A stretch of DNA of 64,000 nucleotides from Scyliorhinus canicula (GCF_902713615.1 NC_052161.1:44467908-44531907), one strand, 5' to 3'. Numbered from the stretch's first letter, positions 37,469-51,122 are shown. The notes: generated by a model not told the origin, from the letters alone. A program made the numbers and translations.

Positions 37469-37810
37469 GGGAGGCGGTGGCATAGATGGGTAGGCGGTGA
37501 CATAGTGGTATTGTCACTGGACTAGTTAATCAGAGACTCAGTGAAATGCTTTGGGGACCCAGGTTCAAATCCTGCCACTGCAGATGGTGAAATTTGAATT
37601 CAATTAATAAAAACCTGGAATTAAAAGTCTAATGGTGACCATGAAACCAATGTCGATTGTCCTAAAAACCCACCTGGTTCACTAATGTCCTTTAGGGAAG
37701 GAAATCTGCCATCCTTACCTGGTCTGGCTTACATGTAACCACAGTAATGTGGTTAAGACACTGACCCCTCAAGGGCAATTAGGGATGGGCAATAAATGTT
37801 GACACAGCCT
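37469..37810 (+). mobile_element. tRNA-derived SINE with RTEX-like LINE tail
   Basis: A-box TGACATAGTGG (head duplicated at 37469-37507), B-box GGTTCAAATCC and tail GGGCAATTAGGGATGGGCAATAAATG. Confidence 0.85.
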
Positions 37811-38701
37811 GCAAGGGCCACGTAACACTTAGGCCACTGAAGCGTGAAAGGATATGAATGGATCAAAGCGGCAGATGGTTTTTATGAGCTGCCAATCACA
37901 AATCCCTACTGGACAGCCATTAATGGATTGTAGTCAATGAATCTGTGGGAATCAGACACAGGCCCAGCTGCCCACCTTGAAGGAACAGACACGTGGAGCT
38001 GTAAGTTAAGCATCACAGCTATAATGCTTCCCACATCCCCTATCTGCACTGCTCTTCAGACAGTGGTCTCTTTTGAAGGGCGGGGAGATCTGTGTGTATG
38101 TGGGGGGGGGGAGGGGGTGTCCTTTAGGCACGGTCCCTATGGGGGTTACCCTATTATAGGGGTGCCCGTGGGGATCCCCCTTATAATAAGTGTCCCTGGG
38201 AGGATCTCGCTATTACTGGGATCCATGTGGGAGCTCCCCCTATTTCAGGGTTCAATGTGGGGTATCCCCCCTAAGACAGGAGTCCCTGGGGGTGGGGGGG
38301 GGGGGTGGCCGGGTTGGGTCATCCCCGTACTTGGGGGTAGAGGAGCACCCAGGCAATCTTGGAGGAGGGGGCTGTCATGCGGTAGGGGGGGGTTGAGTCA
38401 GGGCCGATTTACGGTGTGGGGGGAGCCGGGAGAGGGTGGTGTCAGGGCCTATTCGCGGTGTGGGTGAGAAGTAGGTGCTGATTTGCAGTGCGGGCGGGAG
38501 AATTGGGGTCGATTTACATTGCGAGGGGATGTAGCGGCCTTGGGACTCCACTATTGGGCCGCCCGCTCAAGATGGTGCATGATAGCGGGATCCGCTGAGA
38601 ATTCCCTCGTATTCCATTCCATGCACAAATTTGCATGGCCTGGAATACTGAATTGCATCCTGTCTTGCAACCACAAGGGGATTGTAAAACTAATGCAAGT
38701 C

Positions 38702-40355
38702 CGGGAATTTAAAAGATGGGATATGCTCCCTCTATGGCTGGCGGGGAGGGTTCAGACCGTGAAAATGGCGGTGCACCCCAGATTTTTGTTTGTCTTCCAG
38801 TGCCTCCCCATCTTCATCCCTAAGGCCTTTTTCAAGCGGGTAAACAAGATTATTTGGGGATTTGTATGGGTGAATAAAATGTTGTTGGAGCGCAGTCGGG
38901 GGAGGGTGGGTTGGCGCTGCCGAACTTCTGAAACGACTATTGGGCGGCAAATATAGCGAAGATTAGGAAGTGGGTAATGGGGGAGAGGTCGGCATGGGAG
39001 CGGACGGAGGTGGTGTCATGCAAAGGCACCAGTTTGGGTAACTGCACCTCTGCCATTCTCGCCGGCCCGTTACTCCACTAGCCCGGTGGTGGTGGCGGCA
39101 TTGATGATCTGGGGGCAATGGAGGAGGTACAAGAAGGTGGAGGGTGCCGGGAGAGGGTGGTGTCAGGGCCTATTCGCGGTGTGGGTGAGAAGTAGGTGCT
39201 GATTTGCAGTGCGGGCGGGGGAGTTGGGGTCGATTTACATTGCGAGGGGATGTAGCGGCCTTGGGACTCAGTCTGGACCTCGATTTGCAAGAACCACAGG
39301 TTTATGCCGGGCAGGATAGATGGCGGGTTCCGAAGTTGGCAGAGAGCAGGAATTCAACGGATGGGAGATCTATTTAGAGGCGGGAGTTTTCCCAGTCTGA
39401 AGGCGCTGGAGGACAAGTTCAAGTTGCCGCCGGGGAATGGTATCAGACATTTACAAGTCCGGGACTTTCTGAGGAAACAGGCGTTGGCTTTCCCGCTGAT
39501 CCCACCACGGGGGATACAGGACAGAGTAGTGTCCGGCACCTGGGTGGGGGAAGGGAAAGTGTCAGATATCTATCAGGCGTTGTTGGAGGTGGAGGAGACC
39601 CCGGTGGAGGAACTGAAGGAAAGTGGGAGGAGGAGCTAAGTGGGGAGTTAGAGGCGGGTCTGTGGGCGGACGCCCCAAGCAGGGTTAATTCCTCCTCATC
39701 ATGTGCCAGGCTCAGTCTAATACAGTTTAAGGTGGTACACCAGGCACACATGATGGCGGCGAGGATGAGCAAGTTTTTCGGGGTCGAAGATAGATGTGCG
39801 AGGTGTGCGCGAAGCCCAGCAAGCCATTTACACATGTTTTCGGCATGCCTGAAGCTTGGTGGATTCTGGCAAGGGTTTGCCAAGGCAAAGTCCAAGGTGT
39901 TAGTTCGCAAGTGGTGCCTAGTCCAGAGATAGCGATCTTCGGAGTGTCAGAAGACCCGGGAGTTCAGGGACTGAAAGAGGCCGACGTGCTGGCCTTTGCC
40001 TCCCTGGTAGCCCGGAGACGGATCCTGTTAATGTGGAGGGACTCGAAGCCCATGAGTGACTTGGGTCAGTGACATGGCTGGGTTTCTCAAGCTGGAGAAA
40101 ATAAAGTTTGCCTTCAGGGGGTCAATGCTGGGGTTCTCCCGGAGGTGGCAACCGTTCGTTGACTTTTTCACGGAAAGTTAAAATGTCAGCAGAAGCAGCA
40201 TTCTGAAGGCGGGGGTGGGGGGTTGCAAAATGGTTAAGCGATGTACAGAAGGGTGAGAAATGTCAAGTTTACCATGTTGATGTTTATGTTATTATTGTTG
40301 TGTTTGTAATTGTTATAAACATTTTGCAAATGCTTCAATAAAAATATTTTTTTTA
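38702..40355 (+). mobile_element. L1-clade LINE, 5'-truncated
   Basis: WDMLPL..AGRVQTVKM and CARC...HMFSAC motifs; 16-bp TSD AAAACTAATGCAAGTC at 38686-38701 and 40356-40371. Confidence 0.92.
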
Positions 40356-40806
40356 AAAACTAATGCAAGTCAGCTGCGGCATAGTCTTCCAAACAGAGAA
40401 TCCTCCTGCTTGAGCTACAATAAGAAAAATAGCCAGGTGCCAATTTGTTACTTTTACTTGATAGGTGGATGGGTTGAAGTGGAGAGAGAGAATGCATGAA
40501 AATGAATAAATTTAAAAGGAAAGGTAAATGGAGAAATGGTTATAACACCAAAGTGAAGAGAGTGTCAGAGAAAAAGAGTGCGAAACAAAGACAGCATGAC
40601 TAAAAAACAGAGTATGAAAGGAAAACAGCAGGATCACTATTCCTTTGGCTGATGTTAAAGTGCAAAACCACAATGGGTTTTAATGGAATGAACATTGAAA
40701 AGTACTAAGTTATACCTGTTAAATATAACTTTGGATCGAAACATTGCCCCCAAATTTCCTTATGGACAATATTTGATTCTGATAGGGCTCACTAGAAAAT
40801 GATAAG

Positions 40807-41476
40807 GGGCGGGATTCTCCCCTACCCATTGGGGCGGGGGGGTCCCGGCGTATTGGAGTGGCGTCAACCACTCCGGCGTCGGGCCTCCCCAAAGGTGCGG
40901 AATTCTCCGCACCTTTAGGGGCTAGGCCCGCGCCGGAGTGGTTTCCGCTCCGCCGGCCAGCGCAAAAGGCCTTTGGCGCCACGCAAGCCGGGGCCGAAAG
41001 GACTTTGTCGGCCATCGTAAATCCGTGCATGCGCCGGAGTGTCAGCGGCTGCTGACGTCATACCGGCGTATGCGCAGGGGAGGGGGTCTCTTCCGGCCCC
41101 CGCCATGGTGAAGGCCATGGCGGGGGCGGAAGAAAAAGAGTGCCCCCACGGCACAGGCCCGCCCACCAATCGGTGGGCCCCGATCACGGTCCAGGCCACC
41201 GTGGGGGCACCCCCCGGGGTCAGATCGCCCCATGCCCCCCCTCCCCCAGGACCCCGGAGCCCGCCCACGCCGCCGGTACCAGAGGTGGTTTTAACCACTC
41301 CAGTGGGACAGGCCTGTCAGCGGCGGGACTTCGGCCCATTGTGGGCCGGAGAATCGCCACGGGAGGCCCGCCGATCGGCGCGATTCCTGCCCTTGCCGAT
41401 TCTCGGGTGGCGGAGAATTCGGTACACGGCGGGGGCGGGATTGACGCTGGCCCCAGGGGGTCGGAGAATCCCGCCC
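40807..41476. mobile_element. Harbinger-like MITE (young)
   Basis: Perfect 14-bp TIR GGGCGGGATTCTCC / GGAGAATCCCGCCC; very CpG-rich; no credible ORF. Confidence 0.85.
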
Positions 41477-42101
41477 AGGGACTCTATTAGGTCAAGATAC
41501 TACTGTTTCTGGGATTTTCTGTCCTGTCTTGTAATGGGAGGTTACTTCACCTGCAAGGTGTTTCAATTTTCCCACGTCATTAGGACTTATGGTACTGGAG
41601 GCTGGTATACCTGGCGAGATAAGATACGTGGGTTTCTAACTGGGTGCAGGTGGGCCTAACTGCATTGGGGGAGGGGGTGTCTAGTTACGAGCACTTGGCT
41701 TGGGCCTTGAAAAATACTTAAAGTAATGCTTTTAAGAAAATTTGGCTTGTTAATGGTACATGCATGGTGGCTGGTGTCTTGGGATTTCTACTCCCCTGCA
41801 TGCCACACAGATGCTTGATTTCCTTGGGGATAGAACGGGACTAGCAAAGTATCTGCTATAACCCCATAAAGAAATATAGCCCTAGCCCTCTTCCTTCTCC
41901 TCCAAAATCTACAAGCTCCAGCATGTTTGCTGCTGGTAGGTATCAGTAAGTAGGTGCGATGCTGTCAAAACTATCAGGATCATGGTTCACATATTGTCAG
42001 GGCCTCTGTGACATTCCTTATTCCATGAGCACTTTGAGTAGGCAGGAAGATCATCAAAGAAATACAGGATAAAATACACATATAAACTGATTACAAAAAT
42101 G

Positions 42102-42444
42102 TAGAATTACATAGAATTTACAGTGCAGAAGGAGGCTATTCGGCCCATCGAGTCTGCACCGGCTCTTGGAAAGAGCACCCTACCCAAGGTCAACACCTCC
42201 ACCCTATCCCCATAACCCAACCTAACACTAAGGGCAATTTTGGACACTAAGGGCAATTTATCATGGCCAATGCACCTAACCTGCACATCTCTGGACTGTG
42301 GGAGGAAACCGGAGCACCCGGAGGAAACCCACGCACACACGGGGAGGATGTGCAGACTCCACACAGACAGTGACCCAAGCCGGAATCGAACCTGGGACCC
42401 TGGAGCTGTGAAGCAATTATGCTATCCACAATGCTACCGTGCTG
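42102..42444 (-). mobile_element. HE1-like V-SINE
   Basis: Reverse complement of head, V-domain and CR1-type tail; internal duplication of ACACTAAGGGCAATTT. Confidence 0.9.
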
Positions 42445-43639
42445 GAAATGTTTTTGACCCAATGAGTTTAATTGTTCCAATTGTTCCAATTGTCTTGGGA
42501 TTCCTCTATATTCTGTAATCTGTTGGTGGTAAATAATCAGAGATAATGGGTGGAATTCTCCCAACTGGTCCATGTGGGTTTGATGACAGGCTGGCATGGA
42601 GAATATGATAGTAGCCCAAAAGTTAGAAACTCATTGGCATAAAATCACATCGCAATTCTGCTAATGGCGGGTTAATGGCGGTCGGTAATCCCGCTGGGAG
42701 GTGGTGTAAACTCCATTTGAATTAATTTGCATCCCGTGAATGTTTATTAAAACAGCTGTCACTGGCACCCTGTCTGGCCTTCCAATCTTGCGTCACGTCA
42801 GCGGCAATTCACGTCGCTGTCTAACTTGATTGATAAAGAGTGGCATGCACAAGACAGCACTCACTTCACCAGAGACTTCAAGGTGAATGTAGCAAAGCCT
42901 TTTTGCCATAGTGCTGCACCGCTCCTGAAATGCCGTTCTGCCAGGGCAGACTGATTTCTGCCCACCATCTCCATGCTGAGTTGGCCTTCATGGTGTTAAC
43001 TGGCCTCCCTTGCTTCTGAAGCTGCTAGCAATTATACCTTGGTTCCACTTTGATTCTGCCTTCTGTGTATTTGGCTGTCTGCCCAAATCAAAATTCTTGA
43101 CTCCAGACAATGAATGTATATCTCGTTGATCTTCCTATTCATCTAGGTACACTGTTTCTACTTTGGTTCTTGCGTAAAGTGACTTCTGATCCCGTAATTA
43201 GGAGAGAGGCATCATATCTGGCCTTTTAGGTACTGGCTACTGCTGTCTCTAGTCAGATTTTTACCTGTTGCTGAGCAGGTCACATCCCATTATGTTTTGT
43301 TAAATTTGTTTTACTGTTGTTACAGGGCAAATCTATGACACGTTTACGACTCGTTAGGATCAGATCTTGGCTGTGGTCTTCAATATCCTGGTAATGTGCT
43401 CACTCTATCAACTTAAAGCCAAGCAAGGCAGCGGAATGATGTGAGTCAAGGCTAGATGCCTCCCATACCATGTAAGGATACAATCACTGCTGCAAAGGAA
43501 ACCTGGTGTTGTAAGACTTCTCACTGTGCAAAGGAAATGCAGAGCAGCGCTCTCATCCTAAAGTGCACCCTAAACTTCCATCTGATTTACATTCACACAC
43601 CCATGGGATGGTTTTCAAAAAGTGTAATTTATTCTCAGT

Positions 43640-44900
43640 GATAGAACACTTGTGACCATGAAGTGACATCAAAAATTTTTAACTTTCCTAACCCTACCAC
43701 TAAACCTTGGTGCAGACCCAACACCCACAACAGGATGGAGGCAGCTGTTGACTGCTATGTCCTGATGGCTGTGATGACCTTGGTGGATGCCCTCTGGAAG
43801 CCCAAGCCCTGTAGGGGCTCAGCCTCTTAAGAGTCTCCTGCTCAGAGGCAGAAGCATGTTTCATGGTTTGCACTGCTGGCCCCGGCATGACACCTGCAGG
43901 AGATGGAGCAGGTGGAGAGAGGGCAAGGTGCCTGTCCTCATGTGACCTATATCCTGATGGTGCAACAGAATGTGTGGCCATGGGGTGCAGAGCCATGTGG
44001 AAATTCGGCAGGACCTGCTGGACCAAGGCTTCTATATTGGGTGCCAACCTTCCAATGTTGGCCTCAAAGTGCTCGCATATCAGAGCCATGACATCAGACA
44101 GAGGGACTCCAAATTGTGCGTTCGACTCTGATGGGAGGCTGTCAAAGCTCTGCCCGATGTTCCATTGACCCCGCTTTTCATCACCACCATTAGGCTGACA
44201 GCTGCTTCTAGAGGTTCATCATCTGACTGGGACTAAGCAGATGGTTGGTCTCCAGCCCTCTGAGTTGCAGAGACCTGAGCTGTTTCTCTGTCTAGATGTC
44301 ATGTCAATGAGGTGTTGTCCAGAATATGACCCCAAATCTAACCTTGAGCTACTTCCCATCAATGTGTCTCTGCACTGGTTGAGGCCACGGTGAGAGCTGT
44401 GCCAGCTCTTCCTTAGCCCCCTCATCCTCAGATGTGCCCCGAAGGCTCAGAGAGCTGCTGGAATGGCTAGCTGGCCATGGTCTGTTGGTACCTGAAAAAG
44501 CTTTAGTGGATGAGCTCATAGTTCATAGCACTCAGTGTGAATTACAGGATTCGGTGAATTGATGGAGCTGAGATCTGTGATATGTTGTTGTTATGAGAGG
44601 CCAAGCTGTGTGCCACCACAGGAGCAATCCCTGTCCTTGCTGGCAAGCCCTGCTACAGCCTCCTCAAACTCAGTGAGGACGATGATCTCTGCTGTCCCTC
44701 CCCAGGACTGGGCTCGCGCGTGCTTCTTGTACGCACATTTGGCCTGTATGGAGACCGAAGAAAGAGATGTGATCAGAGAGGATAGAGCACGAGTTGGGTC
44801 CCCTGTCTGTGTTGTGTCCTCCCCAGAATGGACATAGATGGAGTTTGAGCAGCAAGACAGATGGGATGGTGGTGGAGTGAAAGTCATGACATACTTATCC
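43640..44900 (-). pseudogene. Harbinger Myb/SANT-like ORF remnant
   Basis: Acceptor ...CCATACAG at 44744, then AKCAYKKHARAQSWGG...IVLTEFEE, matching the KxAHNxRExxxTGGG exon of the other copies. Confidence 0.55.
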
Positions 44901-45966
44901 ACTTAGCCAACATAAAAGATATTTGAAGGAGTCACCTAACAAAAATCAGGAGTCGAATTTCTGCAGAATTTCTTCCAATCACCTTACTTCAGCCCTAGAA
45001 ACCTCTGAAAAATAGCAAAGTAAGTGGGAAAAGCCCTGAAGAAATTTACTACCTAACTAGTTATGATAGGACCCTATTCTAAAAGAATCCTTTTGCGACA
45101 GCAAAAATTATCTTCTCATCTCTATTTTTGCTTGAGGCTTGGCACTCTTATACCCATGTTCTGTGAACAGTTTTTTAAAAAAAAAATACTTGTTTTACTC
45201 CTCCCCATATTATCCATCCTTCCCTGCTCATAGAAGTTCCAGATTCATAGTTCTTTTCAAATATCTCTCAGGAGAGTAAGGTCAAATAGTTCTGCAGGCG
45301 TTTTGTGAGAAAATATACTTAACTGCTGGTGTATCATTTGCTGGTATGTTTAGTAGCTTATGTATATTGGTTCTGATTTGTGGCATTTATTGATAATAAA
45401 TAAAAAGGAAGAGTATTCAAGACATAATTACTTTAGCAACTGAGAGTGGCATAGTTTGATAGAACTGGATGTAGGGATAATGCTCATTTCATCTTTTCAG
45501 TAACAGGCAATTCGACTGCTGGGCAGTTTACTTGTATTTTTAAAAATGTTTTTATATCAGTCTGATGATGTTCCCTTCTTGAAAGAGCAGAACTGGTAAA
45601 TTCTTCTTCTGACACCTGGAGACAGAACATAGGTCCTTCCCTTTATAGGGGACCAACGGAATTTACAATATTCATCAATTAAACCTGTTGAAGCAGTTCA
45701 AATTTTTGAAAATTATTGAAAGTTTTAGTAATAAATTAGCAAAAAAGGTAAAACAGCAGCTGTATCTTTGAAGAATGTTATGAAGAATGTTATCTCTTTG
45801 TTGAGAACTATGGTGACATCTTGATGAAGAAACTGAGGGAAGGAGTTACCAAATTTGATTTGATCCATTCCTTACCTTCCCTCCAGCATATAGTGTAAAC
45901 AGTTAGGTTTTGCAACTTGTGGATTTGGCTGAAGGTCTCAGTGTGCTACCCAACAAGCTTTGTGGT

Positions 45967-46604
45967 GGGCTCTGAATTTTACCAGCCCTCTCATTTTACT
46001 ATCTGGGAGAGACGGGCTTTGAAAATGTCAATGGTAAGTGTTGGGAGGAAAGCCTAATGCTTCCCACCCCCACAGAATATTCCTGGAAGCGGGAATGGCA
46101 GCAGTTTATATGAGTGAAGGAAAGTGTCCAATTAATTCCAATAACAGGCCAATGAATTTTACCAGCATCAGAACTGCCCCAACTATCTCCTGAGGAGACT
46201 GCCAGGTACATCGAGGCAGGTTCCCAGTGGCTCCCAGAGATAACGAAGAGATAACATTCTTCATAGCATTCCCAGTCTTCCTTTTTGGCCTCTCTGTAGC
46301 CTATAAATGGGCCTGCTTATGGTAACAACCATGCTCATGCCTCTGATTCCACCATCTGATCACTGTGGTCTTCCTGCCTGGCTCTCGGACATTAAAAAAA
46401 TTACTCACCTGATCTTTGAGGGTGTCTCAACCGGAATCTCCTTCTCCCTTCAGCCTGAGCAGCAGCCATCTCCATTGCTAGCAATCTTGGGGTTTTTAAG
46501 CTGCTTGCCCTCTAATTGAGCTGGCAGCTCTGAGAGACAGGACAACAATTGGATGGTGCTTCTGGCAACACCATATTATTTGGACACTCCTGGTAAAATC
46601 ACCC
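45967..46604. mobile_element. Possible old Harbinger-like MITE
   Basis: GGGC..GAATTTTACC / GGTAAAATCACCC imperfect TIRs. Confidence 0.4.
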
Positions 46605-46692
46605 ACTTTTGGTTCCGGAGCGGGATTTGCTTTCTTCGGTTAAAAGGCAAGCCTCAAAAATGTTTTGTTGCCTCAAAACTCAGCTCTTCCTT

Positions 46693-46907
46693 GGGCCGGA
46701 CAATGGTACAGTGGTTAGCACTGCTGCCCATGGCGCTGAGGAGCTGGGTTTCATCCTGGCACAGGGTCGCTGTCTGTGTGGAGTTTGCACATTCTCCCTG
46801 TGTTTGTGTGGGTCTCACCCCCACAACCCAAAGATTAGGTGGATTGGCCTTGCTAAATTGCCCCTTAATTGGAAAAAAATAATTGGGTACTCAAAATTTA
46901 TTTTTTA
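46693..46907 (+). mobile_element. Short V-SINE variant
   Basis: tRNA head, shortened V-domain and GCCCCTTAATTGGAAAA...GGGTACTC tail. Confidence 0.82.
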
Positions 46908-47998
46908 TAAATCAGCTTTTCCTGCCAATATTGGAAAATATATATGCAGTAAATGCAATAGATCAACAAATGGAATTAAAATGATCCAATTGTATACAAA
47001 CAACACCCTGTACAACAATTTTAGATATTCTAGCTTAATTTTTAAGCACAAATCTCTTATCTCACCCTGTACAGGATAATATTCTGCTATAAACATTTTC
47101 ATTTCTGTTAGTGGAGAATATAATAGCGTTACCAGAGTGCATCCAGTATCAGCTAAAAATTGAGCAGTTACAGAGACTTGTTAAATGAAATTCAGTCAGA
47201 TAACAAGTACACAGAAATGTTTCAATGCATGATTTACTCTGTTTGGTAGAAGATGAGTGGCAATAGAAATAACATATTGCTCTTCAATTGTGAGGATGTC
47301 AAGATATGAAAGAGAAATCCAAAGTATTCCTTTCTTTGAGCCTGTCTGACTCCTATAAGCTTATCAAATATACACCCATTCATGTGTTTCAGTGCAGATT
47401 GCTGGAGTCAATCTCTGTTAGAATTGATTGTATTTTATTCAGTAAAGAGGAATTTGTAAAATGCATTTACTAACAAATGGCCTTGCATTTTAAAATCTAT
47501 CAAGTTTTTTAAATATATATCTACTTAATAAGGTGAAAGAGGATGTTGCTGGAAATTACGCTTTTTTTTTCATTTTACAACATGACAGTTTCGAGTGCTC
47601 CCAGTTAGCTATGGCAAGGCTCAAATGCAATGTAGAGCACCCCCTACTGCACTAGAGTGACATTTCTCTGACTGTGCTTTCAAAATCCTTAAATGAGATT
47701 GATGAATTGGTATCAAATTTAAGGATAGTTTGTGCTATGGGCACATACCTTCAGGGAATTAAAGTGAAGCAGGCCAAATTATTTCCATTCTGCTTAAAAA
47801 TACAGATATTTCTTCCATAGTCCTTTTAATCAGATGAAATCAGATTCTTCATCTGCAGCTCATCTGCTTACTATTAAATAAGTTAGTATTTGGGTTAACT
47901 TTTATTTCAACAACAACTAAAACCACGCTACGTTGTGCACAAGGAGAGTTTTCTGAGCTAGTGTGGGAAATGAGATAAGGTTCTGTTACGTTAGATGC

Positions 47999-48327
47999 CA
48001 TAGAATTTACAGTGCAGAAGGAGGCCATTCGGCCCATCAAGTCTGCACCCGCCCTTGGAAAGAGCACCCTACTTAATCCCATGCCTCCACCCTATCACCG
48101 TAACCCAATAACCTCACCTAAACGTTTGGACACTTATGGCCAATTTAGCATGGCCAATCCACCTAACCTGCAAATCTTTGGACTGTGGGAGGAAACCGTA
48201 GCCCCCGGAGGAAACCCACGCAGACACGAGGAGAACCTGCAAACTCCACACAGCCAGTCACCTGAGGCCAGAATTGAACCTTGGACCCTGGAGCTGTGAG
48301 GCACCAGTGCTAACCACCGTGCCACCA
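47999..48327 (-). mobile_element. HE1-like V-SINE
   Basis: Same organisation as 42102-42444. Confidence 0.88.
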
Positions 48328-48454
48328 TCCTGTGCCGTGCAATGAGTAAGTGTTAAAATACTGTAAATGTATTATTTTCATACTGAATGCTTTCTGTAAA
48401 AGAGATGCAATTCCAGTATTGCAGTGACCATCACAATAAAGGGCTCAACAAAAA

Positions 48455-48580
48455 AAGAAAAATCATGCAGATGCTCGAAATCTGATAACAAAAACAGAAA
48501 GTTGCCTAGGTCAGCTGAGGAGAAACAGAAGTCAAGGAAGTTAGTGTTTCAGCTCCAAGGCCCTTCTTCAGAATTGGAAG
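48455..48580. mobile_element. Degenerate Penelope-like terminal fragment
   Basis: TGCAGATGCT.GAAATCTGA..AAAACAGAAA; minus-strand CTGAAGA...GAAAC hammerhead-like remnant. Confidence 0.45.
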
Positions 48581-49564
48581 ATATTTCACTTGAAGTAGCA
48601 TTTAGAAAGGACAGCAAGAATAAAAAAGAGGGAAGGATAAAGAGAAAAATCATACGTAAGAAATAGCATGAGACAAAATAAAGGAGGCACAATGGGGGAG
48701 ATCAAAGGACTACAAGACAAATATGAGGCACAGAGAGTGTGTGAACAGCCAAACGGCAATAGATGGGAAAGGAATCATGAAGAACTAGCAAAGTGGCTGA
48801 GGTATCTGGTAGAAGTAATAAAAAAAAGGCATGTATACGCTGGTGTTTCTGCTGATTGGGGCGGGGGTGGTGGGGGGGGGGGGAGGGGGTGGGGGTGAGA
48901 GTGAGAGACTTGTCAGAGCACCACTGTGGCTTGAAATGCCCCATTTATGTCATCCTGCTTTTAATTTCCATCATACTCTAGGGCCATTGTAATGTGCTCA
49001 GGCTTGCCTACTTTTTATGCTTCCTATCCTATTCACATCACTTTAGCCATTCAAGTATGTGTTCCTTTTTCAACGATTTATCTCATTATGTCTTATTTCA
49101 AACTGTAATGCCTTCCTTTTCATCAGTTCCCAGTCTCCACCAAAGAACTTTGCAGATCATTCCATTTCTATGCCTGTGGTTTTTTTTTTCCTCCTTTCCT
49201 TCACTTCCCTCATTCTCTCCTATTTTGAATACTGTTCATCTGCAATATCAGAGAACCATAGTCATACCACACGGAAGGAAGCAATTCAGTCCATTGTACC
49301 CATGCCGCCTCTCTTTAAAAAAACCCTGATTCAACTAGATCCCATAGCTGTGCAAATATTTCTGTTTCAAGTATTTATCCAATTCCTTTTTGAATATTAT
49401 TATTGAATTTTCTTCCACCCTTTTAGGCAGTGCATTAAAATCGTGAAAACTTGCTGCTTAAAATTCCTCATCTCCCCTCTGATTCTTTTGCCAATTACCT
49501 TAAAGGAAAGGTTTTCAACTTCATTGATTGAACTGATTTCTCCTCCTTCACAAATGCTGCCCAG

Positions 49565-50376
49565 TATCCAAAGGCGTAACAGAGGGATCTGTGCTGGGTC
49601 CCCTATTTTTCATCATTTATATAAACCGCATAGATGACGATATGGGGGTTAGAATCAGTAAGTTGCAGATGACACAAACGTAAAGATTGGCCGGGTGGTT
49701 AACAGGGAGGTTGAGTGTCTTGGGTTACAGGAAGATATAGACGGGATGGTCAAATGGGCAGAGAAGTGGCTGATGGAGTTTAATCCTGACAAGGGTGAGA
49801 TGATACACTTTGGAAGGAGTAATTTGACAAGGAAACATTCAATGAATGGCATGACACTGGGAAGTTCTGAGGAGCAGAGGGACCTTGGTGTGTTTGTCCA
49901 TAGATCTCTGAAGGCAAAAGGGCAGGTTAATAGGGTGGTGAAAAAGGCATATGAGCCACTTGCTTTTATCAGGCTGGATAGGCTTGGGTTTTTTTTTGTA
50001 GGAGCAGAGAAGCCTGAGGGTTGACCTGATCGAGGTGTGCAACATTATGAACAGGATGGATAGGAAGCAGTTGTTCCCTTTAGTTGAAGGGTCAGTCACA
50101 AGGGAACACATGTTCAAGGTAAGGTGCAGGAGGTTTATCGGGGATGTGAGGAAAAACGTTTTTATCCACAGGGTGGTGATGGTCTGGAATGCTCTGCCTG
50201 GGAGGGTGGTAAAGGCAAGTGTCTCAATTCCGTTAAAAAGTACCGGGGTGAGCACTTGACATGTCATAACATTTAAGGCTATGGGCCAAGTGTTGGTAAA
50301 TGGGATTAGGTAGATAGGTCAGGTGTTCTTCATGTATTGGTTTCGAAAGGCCTCTTCTGCACTGTGCATTTCTATA
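49565..50376 (+). mobile_element. CR1 LINE 3' portion with internal deletion
   Basis: GSVLGP, LQEDIDGMVKWAEKWLMEFNPDK, QRDLGV and WNALP motifs; CR1 3' end. Confidence 0.85.
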
Positions 50377-51122
50377 ATTACAGATTTATTTTTGTTTTTG
50401 TTTTCAGTAAGCTTAACTTATCCTACTCTCATGGTTGCTGATACCATATGCTGTAAACAAATTTTGTTACTGATTGCTATTTCTTTCCAAACAGGCAATG
50501 TTGGCATAATAATGAAAACAAACAAAGGGCTTCCAGACCACGAATGCACAAACAAACAAGAGCTTTATTGAAAAGGTGTTTTCTCACAGGCTGCTAGGCC
50601 AGACTGACTGTTAGGTGACCCAAACTGCCAATGACATCATCAATACATCAAGGGATCAAACACTTAAAATGACCTTGTTCCACAAGGAATGAATATGAAT
50701 ACACTAATTAAATTTAATTTAAAATTTTCAAAATCTGGGAAGTAAAAATGAATATTTTTTTGTTTGACAAATTGCGGATGGATTAATAGACATTTCCAAT
50801 TTAAAAAGAAAATGTAATAGCTGATAATAATTAGGAATCGAGGATAAACGTATAAGTATATACTTAAAAATAAAATATAACCAATCTAGTCTGGTGGTCA
50901 TAATGGTACTATTGGACACCCAGTAGAATACCTGAATGAGAATTTAAATCTCAGCTGGTATTGACACTTGGATTTCTTCTGAGGATGATTTTATAAGTCT
51001 TTACTCATCATGTAAGAGAAGAAAATAAAGTGCTGGCCAGGGAGACTAATTCCCTTCGGTGCTCAAATATTTATCACAGAAAGTCAACCAATTATTGCTG
51101 GCATCTATGAAGCTGGCTTTAG

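Noticed and set aside
41039-41659. Overlapping GC-rich ORFs of 100-200 aa
   Set aside because: Stop-poor frames are expected in a GC-rich MITE; no domain signal.
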